NCBI GenBank assembly: GCA_951406725.2
Contig: OX597821.1
Span: 97,588,001 to 97,652,000 of the forward strand
Direction: 5' to 3'
DNA from: Octopus vulgaris
Lineage: Eukaryota
Length of the DNA stretch: 64,000 nt
In this document: piece after piece, positions 53,555 to 64,000 of the stretch
How the letters are laid out: every line of letters begins with the position of its first letter
How positions within the stretch are numbered: position 1 is the first letter of the stretch
Made by a program: the position numbers and the translations under genes
The notes under the pieces: generated by a model
What the model saw: only the letters and a program-made list of their open reading frames with translations
Told to the model about the DNA's origin: nothing
The model's database searches: none

Positions 53555-54440
53555 TGGAGATACCTGTGTGTCCTTGGTGCTTGCATTAGAAACTATAGTA
53601 CAGATCTGTGGTTTTCTTGTCAATGATGATACACTTCAAATGTCTGAGTTTACCATTGTCAAAGTGGATGGCTTATTTATCATCATTGTAGACTATGTAT
53701 GGTTCTTGTTGGTGGTTGCATGAATAAAAACTGAAGTAAACTCACAGACATTTAATCAAAATATTTTTTGCCGGATATGCTAGTTGCTGCTGGTTATTTA
53801 TAAATTAATAATCCCTGGGAACAATGAGTGGTTAAGGAGTGGTTCTACACTCCTCAAAACTCTGAAACTTCTGAACCAGGGATCCATTACTGGACGTCGT
53901 TTAAAGTTGTAGCGAGGATTCAAATCTTGACCGCTAGATACTCGGTTAGGTGATACAAGTAAGCCAGCACAGTTTCACATGATTGATCTATAAATCAACC
54001 AATCAGCATGAAGCTGTGGCTTGATATGGCTTTCTTGAATGTTCTGTTTTGTAATCAATTGATCAACAGGTTCCCCATATTTTCATGTGTATGTATTGTA
54101 TCCCTTGTTACTCGGTCATGAGCCGACTTTCATCATGTATGGAATATCTTTTATGTATGTGTGTATTGCTACCTAAGTGTAAGCATATGTATAGATGGAA
54201 GAATCGTTGGTGCATCGGGTAAAATACCTGACGTCATTTAGCTTCATAGAATTTTATGTTCTGAGTTCAAATCTTGCTGCTGTCAACTTTGTCTTTCATC
54301 CATCCAGAGTCGATAAAATAAAGAATCAGTCAAGTACTGACGTTGATTTTTTTTTTTCATTCATTTTTACCCCTTGTTCCTACAATGCATCCTAGATGCA
54401 AATGGAATTAGAAGACGAACGCTTTGAGGATGAAAGTTAG

Positions 54441-54828
54441 ACGAAGTTTCGGAACAGGACGCTCACGTTAGTTGGATTTTCTGTTTTGACGAGGAATTTT
54501 TCAATATATTTTTTCACCATTAGCCTCCTGAATGGTGGTGGTGGTGGGGTCATCCTTTTATGAAAGAAAAGTTTTGAAAATTTGTGATTTTTTTCACTTT
54601 TCTCGTGGTTTTTAAGTACGAGGTGCCAAAACAATTGGCCAAGATCGGTCTGGAGAGGGTGGCGAGGGAAGGGTGAAGTGAAAAAAATCTTCAGAAAATT
54701 TCTTCATAAAAAGATGCCCCCATCTTCATCCCCCAAATACTGTAAGACGTGGTGAACAAAGGTTTGGAAAAATCTTCGTCAAAACGGAATAGATCCAACT
54801 TACGTGAGTGTTCTGATCAGAAACTCCG
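54441..54828. repeat. ~390-bp diverged foldback/MITE-like inverted repeat
   Basis: CTCACGTTAGTTGGAT..TTTTGACGA / TCGTCAAAA..ATCCAACTTACGTGAG and inner ATTTTTTTCACTT / AAGTGAAAAAAAT. Confidence 0.7.
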
Positions 54829-55025
54829 CCGAAAGTTGAATCTATAGAGATGGACATGTAAACTGGCTGGAATAGCTGGTCAAATCCAGGTAGAGTATAA
54901 ATTACTGAAGAGTTAAACGTATTGGTAGAGAGTATGTAATATGTATACGCAAGTTCTCACACTGGCATGTATGTGCGTGTGTTTAGATAAGAGAGAGAGA
55001 GGGAGAGAATGAGAAAGAGAGAGAG

Positions 55026-55058
<33 letters not shown>

Positions 55059-55225
55059 AAGAAAGAGAGAGAGGAGCGCGAGCATGTGTGAATGTTTTCA
55101 TGTGTGAGAGAGCATGTGTGCGCGCGTGTGTGTGTTTATGTATGAGAAATAGCGTGTGTAAATGGTGTTATGTATGAGAGCACTTTTGTGTTTATGTATG
55201 AGAGAACGTGCGTGTGTGCGTGTAT

Positions 55226-55256
<31 letters not shown>

Positions 55257-55927
55257 AGTAAAGGAGAATTAGAGACTTACTGTTTATGTATTGGTGTGAC
55301 CATCTGTGACAGAGTGTGTACAGGTACGTGTGTGAGTGAGGTTTTTTTAATCGAGAGAGAGAGAGAGAGAGTAAACAAGTTTCGTATTGGTTTTTTTGAC
55401 AGTTCTTGTATTGTACAAACATACATATGCACACACTCACATACGCACGCTCACACACACACACACCTACACGCCTTCTCTCATTCTCTCTTACACTCTT
55501 CTATACATACACACACACACACACTCTTCTGAACTTAAACTTTCAGATTTTCACACACACAAACACGAACACGTTTCTGGTCTAAACTTTCCTTGTTTCG
55601 TGAGCACGCACGCACGCACTTTACTTGACATACACTACACAGAGAGAGAGAGGGAGAGAGAAAGCAAGAAGATATTGACTGGAAAAGTGAGAAAGAGAGA
55701 GAAAAGGGAAAGAGAGAAGGAAAACAAGAAGACATTGACTGGGATAGTGAGAAAGAAAGAGAGAGAGAGAGAGGGTGATATAGACAGGCGAAGTCCAGAG
55801 CAAGAGTCAACAAAGGAATACCACCACTAACATTGCTACTGCTAATAATAATTCATAACAATAACATAGCCTATGTATTGTTGTCAGTGGTGAATAGTTT
55901 CCAAGTGTGTTTCTCCAACGGACAGTC

Positions 55928-56103
55928 ATGTCGATAGAGGATGATAAAAATGGTCAAGTGGAGAGAAGATTTCAGAATTTATCCCATATATTCCATCCTA
56001 TAATCCAGGAGAGGAGTATATGTTTTCGATGTGATAATATTGTCTACCAATACGAGAGAGCTGGCCCTGTTCACGATGTTATTTTTCATAAACAATGTTT
56101 CAG
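55928..56103 (+). CDS. First coding exon of a LIM-domain protein, Hillarin/LTD-1-like
   Basis: MSIEDD...CFRCDNIVYQYERAGPVHDVIFHKQCFR = Cx2C...Hx2C first half of a LIM domain with the VYQxxRxGP signature I recall from Hillarin; donor AG|GTAAGT, phase 2. Next exon not found in the window. Confidence 0.8.
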
Positions 56104-57758
56104 GTAAGTGGCGACTGATGTGAAGAGGTGTGCAATAGAGTATGGTGGTGGTGGTGGTGGTGGTGATGTTTAACTGTTACCGATGACCCCCAAGTCAAAG
56201 GTGATTGAGCAAAACCTATGATTAAATACAGGTGTACTTACCCAAGTGTGTCCCCTTCCCCCCGCTTCAACTTTGTCTCTGCGCATAACTTTCAGAAAAA
56301 TTAATATTTTCCTAATAAAATTTTCTATAAATACCTTTCACATCGGGTAGATGACTATTATTTTAATGTGGAAAAAAAAGAAAAGAAAACAAATTAGTGG
56401 GCGCGCACACACATTCTGCCGCAACTATTTTTTTCAAAATTTTAAGTTTTAATGTGTGTATGAATGTATGCGCGCTCACAAAGTTCTGTTTTGTTTCTCA
56501 CGTTAAAGTTCAATACATCGTAAGCTACACCATCGGAATTCCTTCAGATGTCATAAAAAAAACCCTTCATTTTTGTGAAAATTGTGAGGAAATAAAGTCG
56601 ATGGTGGGGGCATTCTTATGTAGATATACCGAACTAACTTCTAACTATGACTATCCTAAGTATTCCTAAAGAATAGAGTGTACCATGCACCATAAACATT
56701 GATTTCTTCGAAAAGATTAAGTATCGGAGATTACGAATTAGAAAAAAAAAAAAAAGTGGGTAGAGAGTTAACACCGACCCCATTAATTATTCAGTATTTC
56801 GTCTGTCGCTACGTTCTGAGTTCAAATTCCGACGAGGTCGACTTTGCCTTTCATCCTTTCGGGGTCGATTAAATAAGTACCAGTTACGCACTGAGGTCGA
56901 TATAATCGACTTAATCCGTTTGTCTGTCCTTGTTTGTCCCTTCTGTGTTTAGCCCCTTGTGGGTAGTAAAGAAATACCCATTAATTATTCAGTGATGATT
57001 TTCTTTTTTACATTTTTTATTTTTATATATATGTGTTTTAAGCATTTGAAAGGATTCTTCAAAATAATGCGTGACATATTTCAGAAAAAGTGTTAGGAAA
57101 GAGCAGACTAAAAAATTTATGGATCAAAAATAACTCCCACCTGCCCAAAATAGGGTGGGGGTGCCGATTCGTTTTCTACAAGACTTAACACAGACAGACC
57201 CACAGAAATTCCTTTGGATCTTTTTATTTTGAAGGCCAGTTGTTTAGTTAACTAGGAAAATCTGGCCTTCAAAATGAAAAGATCCTTTTTTTTTCCTTTG
57301 GCGCACTAGAAAATTTCCGACTCTATTCTGTAGGATTGTCCTATCCTTTATTTTTTAAAGGTATGTTGAAAAACATATTTAAAGATCTATTCTTTATTTT
57401 AAGTCGGTAAGGTTTTTGATATAACAGATGTGGTGATCACTCCGAAGCTTCGTTGTGGAACCTTAAGTGAAGGATTTATTTATTTCATATACTAAGTGGA
57501 GAAATGAAGAGGACTGAGTGAATGAAAAAGTGAGAGTCAGGGGTTTTTTTATGTTAAAAAGAAAGTTTGAACAACTAAATCCAACCACGTACCTGTCGGA
57601 ATTATATCCTAATTTCATGAGCTTATTTTCTAAACTTTTTGAAAATGTACACCTAATTTCTTTTTCTGCTGTGTGTGTGTGTGTGTGTACATACATTGAA
57701 TAGATAAGAGAAGTGAGTTGAGAGATGTTTATTCCATTCGTGTGTGTGTTAGACAGAC

Positions 57759-57809
<51 letters not shown>

Positions 57810-57844
57810 CAGACAGACATATATATATAGATAGACAGACAGAC

Positions 57845-57875
<31 letters not shown>

Positions 57876-58189
57876 TAGACAGATGGACAGACAGATAGAC
57901 AGATAGATAGATAGATAGATAGACTTGACGTGCCTATGTACTTTTCGTGTTTATAGCACATTTATCATTCATTTTTCTGTTTTCCTGTGTACTGTACATT
58001 ACTGTTTTGACGAAGGTAAAGAATACGCATACCCGGTGTTTAGGGTTTAGGTTACGCCGAGGCGCATTCTTTGCTTCCGCCGCTGTTTTTACTTGACTTA
58101 TTGCTGCATTCTACCCTTACTTTTTAGCTTTTCTAACAAGTTGTAGTACACCAAAGCCTTGCAAACAATAAACCCATTATTACTAGTAG

Positions 58190-58472
58190 TAACACCTTTT
58201 TGATCTTCATGTGTCTAACACACGTGGACATGCCTACAAAGTCAGAAAACAACACAGCTCCCATGACTTTCGGAAACATTTTTTCACGCTCAGAGTTGCT
58301 GAAGCATGGAATAAACTGCCTGCGTCAGTTGTTGACTGCCATGACACTGTATCCTTTAAGGCCCTCATGCTTTCCGAAATCCGCCGAAACTACACCTGAT
58401 TATATATACACTTTAGATGAGTTGTAGTGCACCTGAGCACTGTACACAATTATTATTATTATTATTATTATT
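58190..58472 (+). mobile_element. CR1-clade LINE 3' end
   Basis: TRGHAYKVRKQHSSHDFRKHFFTLRVAEAWNKLPASVV and (ATT)n tail. Confidence 0.85.
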
Positions 58473-59659
58473 TATTAACAGTGTAAAATGAATGCTATAT
58501 AGCCTGTTACTTCTTTCATACGCCATAAATTTTGGCGCGCCCGAAACAAACATGTATGTACGTCTCATTCTTTCTCTCTCTGTCTTTATATATACAGAGA
58601 AACTGAGGTGGGAAGAGGGTGATGTGGCTAATGGCCAAATTGATAAAGTGTCTTACAAAATGCCTTGTTGTATTTAGTTACGTGGTCCTCTCTCTTTAAA
58701 TGCTGAATTTAAATTGTCATTGGGGTCGACTTCACACGATATAATCCACACCATTTCTTCCACTTGTTATATTACTGACATTCTGCAACGATAGAAATAG
58801 AAATATTTTAATTTCGCCCAGTAAATTTAAATTGAAAACAAATTATTGATTTATATTTTAAAGTAAAGTATAGCAGGTGTGTGTGTGTGTGTACTGGCGC
58901 AAGCTTAGTTGTGTGGTAAGAAGCTTGCTTCCCCAGCTACATGGTTCTAGTTTCAATCCCACTGCGTGGCACCTTGGCCAAATGTCTTCTATAGCTTCGT
59001 CTACACCTCCGTAACTCATCAGTTCAGCAAAAGAAACCGAGAGAAAAGAAAAAAAGTTCTGGTCCATTCATTCAACTAGCCTCAATCTAATAACTGAAAC
59101 AAGTAAAAGATAAAAGATATATAGCGTAAATAACATGGTGCAACTTGGCTCATCAGAAGGTGACCTCTTGCATGCATGGAATCTATTTGCTGCCTAGTAC
59201 AGCAGAGACGAGAATTAGTATTGAGAAGAAAGTTTTCCCAGTGCATGTTACTCTTTTACTCTTTTACTTGTTTCAGTCATTTGACTTCGGCCATGCTGGA
59301 GCACCGCCTTTTAGTCGAGCAAATCGACCCCGGGACTTATTCTTTTGTAAGCCCAGTACTTATTCTATCACTCTCTTTTGCCGAACTACTAAGTTACGGG
59401 GACGTAAACACACCAGCATCGGTTGTCAAGCAATGCTAGGGGAACAAACACAGACACACAAACACATACACACACACATATATATATACATATATACGAC
59501 AGGCTTCTTTCAGTTTCCGTCTACCAAATCCACTCACAAGGCATTGGTAGGCCTGGGGCTATGGCAGAAGACACTTGCCCAAGATGCCACGCAGTGGGAC
59601 TGAACCCGGAACCATGTGGTTGGTTAGCAAGCTACTTACCACACAGCCACTCCTGCGGA

Positions 59660-60620
59660 ACATCATTGAGGCAAGTGGAGAAGTTTAAGAATTTTGTCAC
59701 CATATTCATGAGTGATGGGAAGTAGGTAGGTGAATTGCATGCCAGAATTGCTGGTACTGACATGGTAACATACCAGCTCCAACATTTTATACTCAGAAGA
59801 GAAGAGGTTGGTAAAAATGCCAAACTTGATATCTTCAATTCTGTTTCCATACCTATCCTCACCTGTGGTCATGAATGTTGGGCAACAACCAAAAGAATAC
59901 AATTATGAATACATGCAGCCAAAATGGAGTTTCTCTGAAGGATCTCTGGTGTACCATTTCTCAACAGCGTACATAACTCGGAAGTCAAGGAGTCTTTCTA
60001 GATTGAGAGGACATAGCTCCAATGCTCTCTCTACTCTTTTACTTGTTTCAGTCATTTGACTATGGCCATGCTGGAGCACCGCCTTTAGTCGAACAAATCG
60101 ACCCCAGGGCTTATTCTTTGTAAGCCTAGTACTTATTCTATCGGTCTCTTTTGCCGAACCGCTAAGTTTCGGGGACGTAAACACACCAGCATTGGTTGTC
60201 AAGCGATGTTGGGAGGGGGACCAACACAGACACACAAATATACACACACACTTACATATATACGATGGGCTTCTTTCAGTTTCTGTCTACCAAATCCACT
60301 CACAGGGCTATAGTAGAAGACACTTGCCCAAGGTGCCACACAGTGGGACTGAACCCGGAACCATCTGGTTGGTAAGCAAGCTACGTACCACACAGCCACT
60401 CTTACACCTATGGACATGATTAGAATGTTGCAGGAAAGAATCGCAAGACAGGATCTTTATGCTGAGCCAACTAACCTAGAGGTAGACTAAGAACAAGATG
60501 GTAGGATAATATTCATTGTCTCAGTTGGCTACACTTGGGAATCCAGCCAGAAAGTGTAAGGATGGTTGCTTCTGATAAGATCCTATGGAGATTCCCATGA
60601 TTCTCCTAGGTAAAATGGGC
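59660..60620 (+). mobile_element. RTE (Expander/Rex3-like) LINE remnant interrupted by a SINE
   Basis: LRQVEKFK..IFMSDG, PILTCGHECW..IHAAKMEFL*RISG, PRGRLRTRW..WLHLGI. Confidence 0.75.
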
Positions 60621-61936
60621 AGACAAAATGGATATATGGATATATAGTGTGGGTTTGGATTCAGTAGAAACTCTGTGTATTTCTAATGCAGCACTTGACA
60701 GAACATTGGTTATTTATTATATCATTCTGGGACTTAAAAGCTTTACAAACCCACTGGTGCAAGAACCCCAGGTGCCTCTAACAAATATAATGAGGAAAAA
60801 ATTAAGAATCTCTTAACACAACTTTAATATTCATTGCAACTGTTCTTGTCCCACTCCATTTTCAACCAAATTCCATGTAATTGATTCTGTGTGAAAAATT
60901 ATGCTATATGTGTGATTGAATATGTAATAGTGGCACTTCATCAGACTAGCATTAAAGCCATGCCTCTTTGCTATATATGTATGTATGTATTCAATTGTCA
61001 CTAAAGTGACTAAGGGTACAAGTTAGCATCAGCATTGCTAGAAATAAGAGTCAAAACAGCTCTTAGCTTCAGGCAAGCACTTACCTAATGACTGACTCCA
61101 TCACTGATTCCTACAGTATTTTCTATAAATTGACAAGGCAAGTTAGGTTTAGCCCTCAGCAATTGAGTAGGGGTCACTGATGAGGATTAATCAAATCCTG
61201 GCTGTAGACTGAAATACAATCATAACCATCCACAAAGGAGTGAAAGTAATACAACTATAACAAAAAAGCTTAGAATTAACTGAAGTAAAGTATAGCAGGT
61301 GTGTGTGTATTGGCGCAAGCTTAGTTGTGTGGTAAGAAGCCTGCTTCCCAGCTACATGGTTCCAGTTTCAATCCCACTGCATGGCACCTTGGCCAAATGT
61401 GAGTGTAGTGGGTGCTTTTTACGTGCCACCCGCACAGGTGCCAGACAGGGCTGGCAAACGGCCACGGATAGATGGTGCTTTTTACATGCCACCAGCACGG
61501 TGGCCAGGCGAGGCTGGCAACGGCCACGATCGGATGGTGCTTTTTACGTGCCACCGGCACGGAGGCCAGTCGGGGCAGCGCTGGCCACGGCCAAGATCGG
61601 ATGGTACGCTTACGTGTCACCGGCACTGGTATCGCAGCTGCAATTTCCATTGATGTTGATCGACTCCGATTTTGGTTCTTATTTCTGATTTCATTTGATT
61701 TCATTTGATTTCATTTGATTTTGATTTCCACTTGCCTCAACGGGTCTTCACAAGTGGAGTTTTGTGTCCCAAGAAGGAAAGGTATGCATAAGTCGACTGG
61801 CTACATCCCAGGTAGAGGCCATGGGTAATGGTCTCACTAGTCCTGCCGGGTCTTCTTATGCACAGCATACTTCCATAGGTCTCGGTCTCTAGTCATCTCC
61901 TCAGTGAAACCTAAAGTTCGAAGGTCGTGCTTCACC

Positions 61937-62242
61937 ATATATAAATTGACAGAATGAAATAAAAAATCCAAGGCTGTAAATAGTTTTCATAACATTTATA
62001 AAGAAAAAGTCTTACAACTGTTTCTGGGATATTTTATATATCCCTTCATCAGAGATCGTGTGAGAAAATGTTTGAGTATTAATTATTTTCTGTATTTCAT
62101 ATATTCTCTATAATAATTAATACTCAAACATTTTCTCGCACCGTCTCTAATGAAGGGATATATAAAATATTCCGGAAACAGCTGTAAGACTTTTTCGTTT
62201 ACAGCCTTGGATTTTTTATCTCATTTTGTCAAGTTATATATA
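61937..62242. repeat. ~300-bp inverted repeat (Penelope pLTR-like), each arm with a hammerhead
   Basis: Arms ~61937-62087 and ~62113-62242. Confidence 0.88.
62009..62056 (-). ncRNA. Type-I hammerhead ribozyme, intact core; mirror copy 62143-62190(+) has CTAATGA
   Basis: TCT-CTGATGA-A-GGGATAT-ATAAA-ATATCCC-A-GAAAC-AGTT-GTA-AGA; mirror copy has palindromic ACAGCTGT and stem I GTCT/AGAC. Confidence 0.75.
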
Positions 62243-62405
62243 TGCATGCTAATACATGACCCACATTGGACTCCTCACTTGAATCATTATCGAACCTGGA
62301 GCTTAACTATGGTCTATCCATTCATAGACAAGGATATATGGCTGTTACTTAGTGTTACCTGCCACCTTTTGGTTCTTCTTGACAACAATATCTTTCATAC
62401 CCTAT

Positions 62406-62444
<39 letters not shown>

Positions 62445-62452
62445 TACATATA

Positions 62453-62650
62453 CAGGGTTGGTCAAAAGTCACCTAACAGTAAATCAAAACCATTTAATTC
62501 CAAGATTTATTTATGTTTAATGAGACTTTGCTAATAAATAGACGAATGTTGAAAACTCACAGCATTCATAATTGGAATGAATAAATAAAACTGAATTTTA
62601 AGTTTTTATGGAATTTTGATATACTGTCGGCTGACTTTTGGCCAACCCTG
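62453..62650. mobile_element. Tc1/mariner MITE
   Basis: TA TSDs; TIR CAGGGTTGGTCAAAAGTCA / TGACTTTTGGCCAACCCTG. Confidence 0.88.
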
Positions 62651-63243
62651 TATATATATATTTCCTTCCGGTCTTTCAAAATGTGACCGCTTGTGTACCG
62701 TTGGCAATTATTTTCCACTGTCTTCCCTTCTCTGGATCTTTCCTTCTCCTATGTTTCCAACGAAGAGCTCCGCTCAAAACGTTAAACTTTCCTTCTTTCC
62801 TGAGCGTCCAATAATACTATATTTGTTCCACGTCCTCGTGTTGTGTTTTTTGTGCTTTCTTGTTTGGATTAACTTTATATATATATATATATATACCACA
62901 CACACATGCACATACACACATGCAAAAACACACACATTCATATATATAGATGTGTATATCAATTCAATTGTTGTAGGTGTCTGTTAGTCATTAAAAAGAC
63001 ACATAAACTGTTGTGTACATTTTAGCTTTATGATTATTTTATAACAATAATTATATTCTTATTTTCACTGGAAGTTATTATATTTATTGTGCAATAACAA
63101 TAGATATTTAAAATAATGATAAGAGGTATTATTGTTATAAATAATAATAATAATAATGGTTTTTGCATAACACAAATATTCATGACTATAATGACATTGT
63201 TAAGATGCAATTATTGGACAAATTTGTGCATGTAACATACATA

Positions 63244-64000
63244 CAGGGTGTTTGGACTAAATTTGACAGTTTGCATAAAAGGAAAAGAATACATAATATC
63301 CCGTCCAAAGATTGAAGTATTGAAAAAGAAATATCGATTAGATTATTGCTGGGAGATAACAGTTTACTCAAAGAAGCCACACTCAGCTTCCACTTCAGTC
63401 TCAAGACAGCACTTTGAATCTGGTGCATGTAATCCTTATTGCGTCCCTGAGGAAGTCAGCAAAGATCTCCTTGATGCTGGTTGCCAGTTTGACCTTGATG
63501 TTGCAGGCAGAGTGGCTGGTGTCTCTGCACTTCACACATAGTGATCCATGGAATTACAGTTGGGGAAATTAGGAAGCCAGAAATTGATACTGGTGAAGTT
63601 GGAGCTATTTCTCCAGCAAACATTTTTGACTCTTTCTTAAGTTATGGTTAGGAGCAGAATCTTGTTGCTACACATATGACCTTCCAGTAGCAACCCTCTC
63701 CAGCCATGGATTGACTACAGTTTCCAGTAGTTCCACCGCCACGTTCCCTTTGGTTGAGAGGGGACTTTGCACTAGCCACAGATGTGGTTAGTGGCTCTCA
63801 ACAGGTTGTCCTGTAGGAACCTCCAGTTGTCCTCTACATTATGTGATGCTATATCCTCCTCTTTTTCATCAAAAGCTTCAAGTATTTTGTATCTAAATCT
63901 CTGTCCATTCAGAGGATCCTTAAGCTTTCAGACCCTTCTTTTCCATGCTGGTCGTCTTCTGGGAAGCCATTTAGCCCTGATCCTGAAGTTGCTAACTATT
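63244..64000 (-). mobile_element. Tc1/mariner-superfamily transposon remnant running off the window
   Basis: TA|CAGGGTG terminus; minus strand FWLPNFPNCNSMDHYV resembles WPPxSPDxNPxDY. Confidence 0.65.

Noticed and set aside
61172-61230. CTGATGA-GGATT..AATCC hammerhead-like start
   Set aside because: GAAA is displaced by 12 nt and stem I does not pair properly; at most a decayed relic.

Overview
AT-rich, microsatellite-dense eukaryotic genomic DNA. The SINE/LINE repertoire looks like an octopus (coleoid cephalopod); this is from recall, not a search. Two host genes are visible on the + strand. (1) The 3' part of a fasciclin (FAS1, TGFBI/periostin-like) gene in six phase-compatible exons (4303-4462, 11504-11634, 15417-15556, 19954-20113, 22698-22809, 33433-33563), giving 277 aa and two FAS1 domains. 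(2) The first coding exon of a LIM-domain, Hillarin-like gene (55928-56103). Most of the rest is transposon debris: mariner/Tc1 elements and MITEs, a piggyBac-type MITE, non-autonomous Helitrons, RTE, R4/Dong, CR1 and Penelope retrotransposon fragments, and three SINE-like families. The most notable signal is about a dozen type-I hammerhead ribozyme motifs in several unrelated short repeat families, often inside inverted repeats. Some have canonical cores (53475-53554, 62009-62056, 22140-22197, 9506-9589, 2998-3120). Others carry recurrent non-canonical cores (C4 or U6 combined with a GUU cleavage site). Most likely these are Penelope pseudo-LTR or retrozyme relics, and several lie in sense orientation in introns of the fasciclin gene. 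Most ORF-track entries are microsatellite or repeat artefacts.
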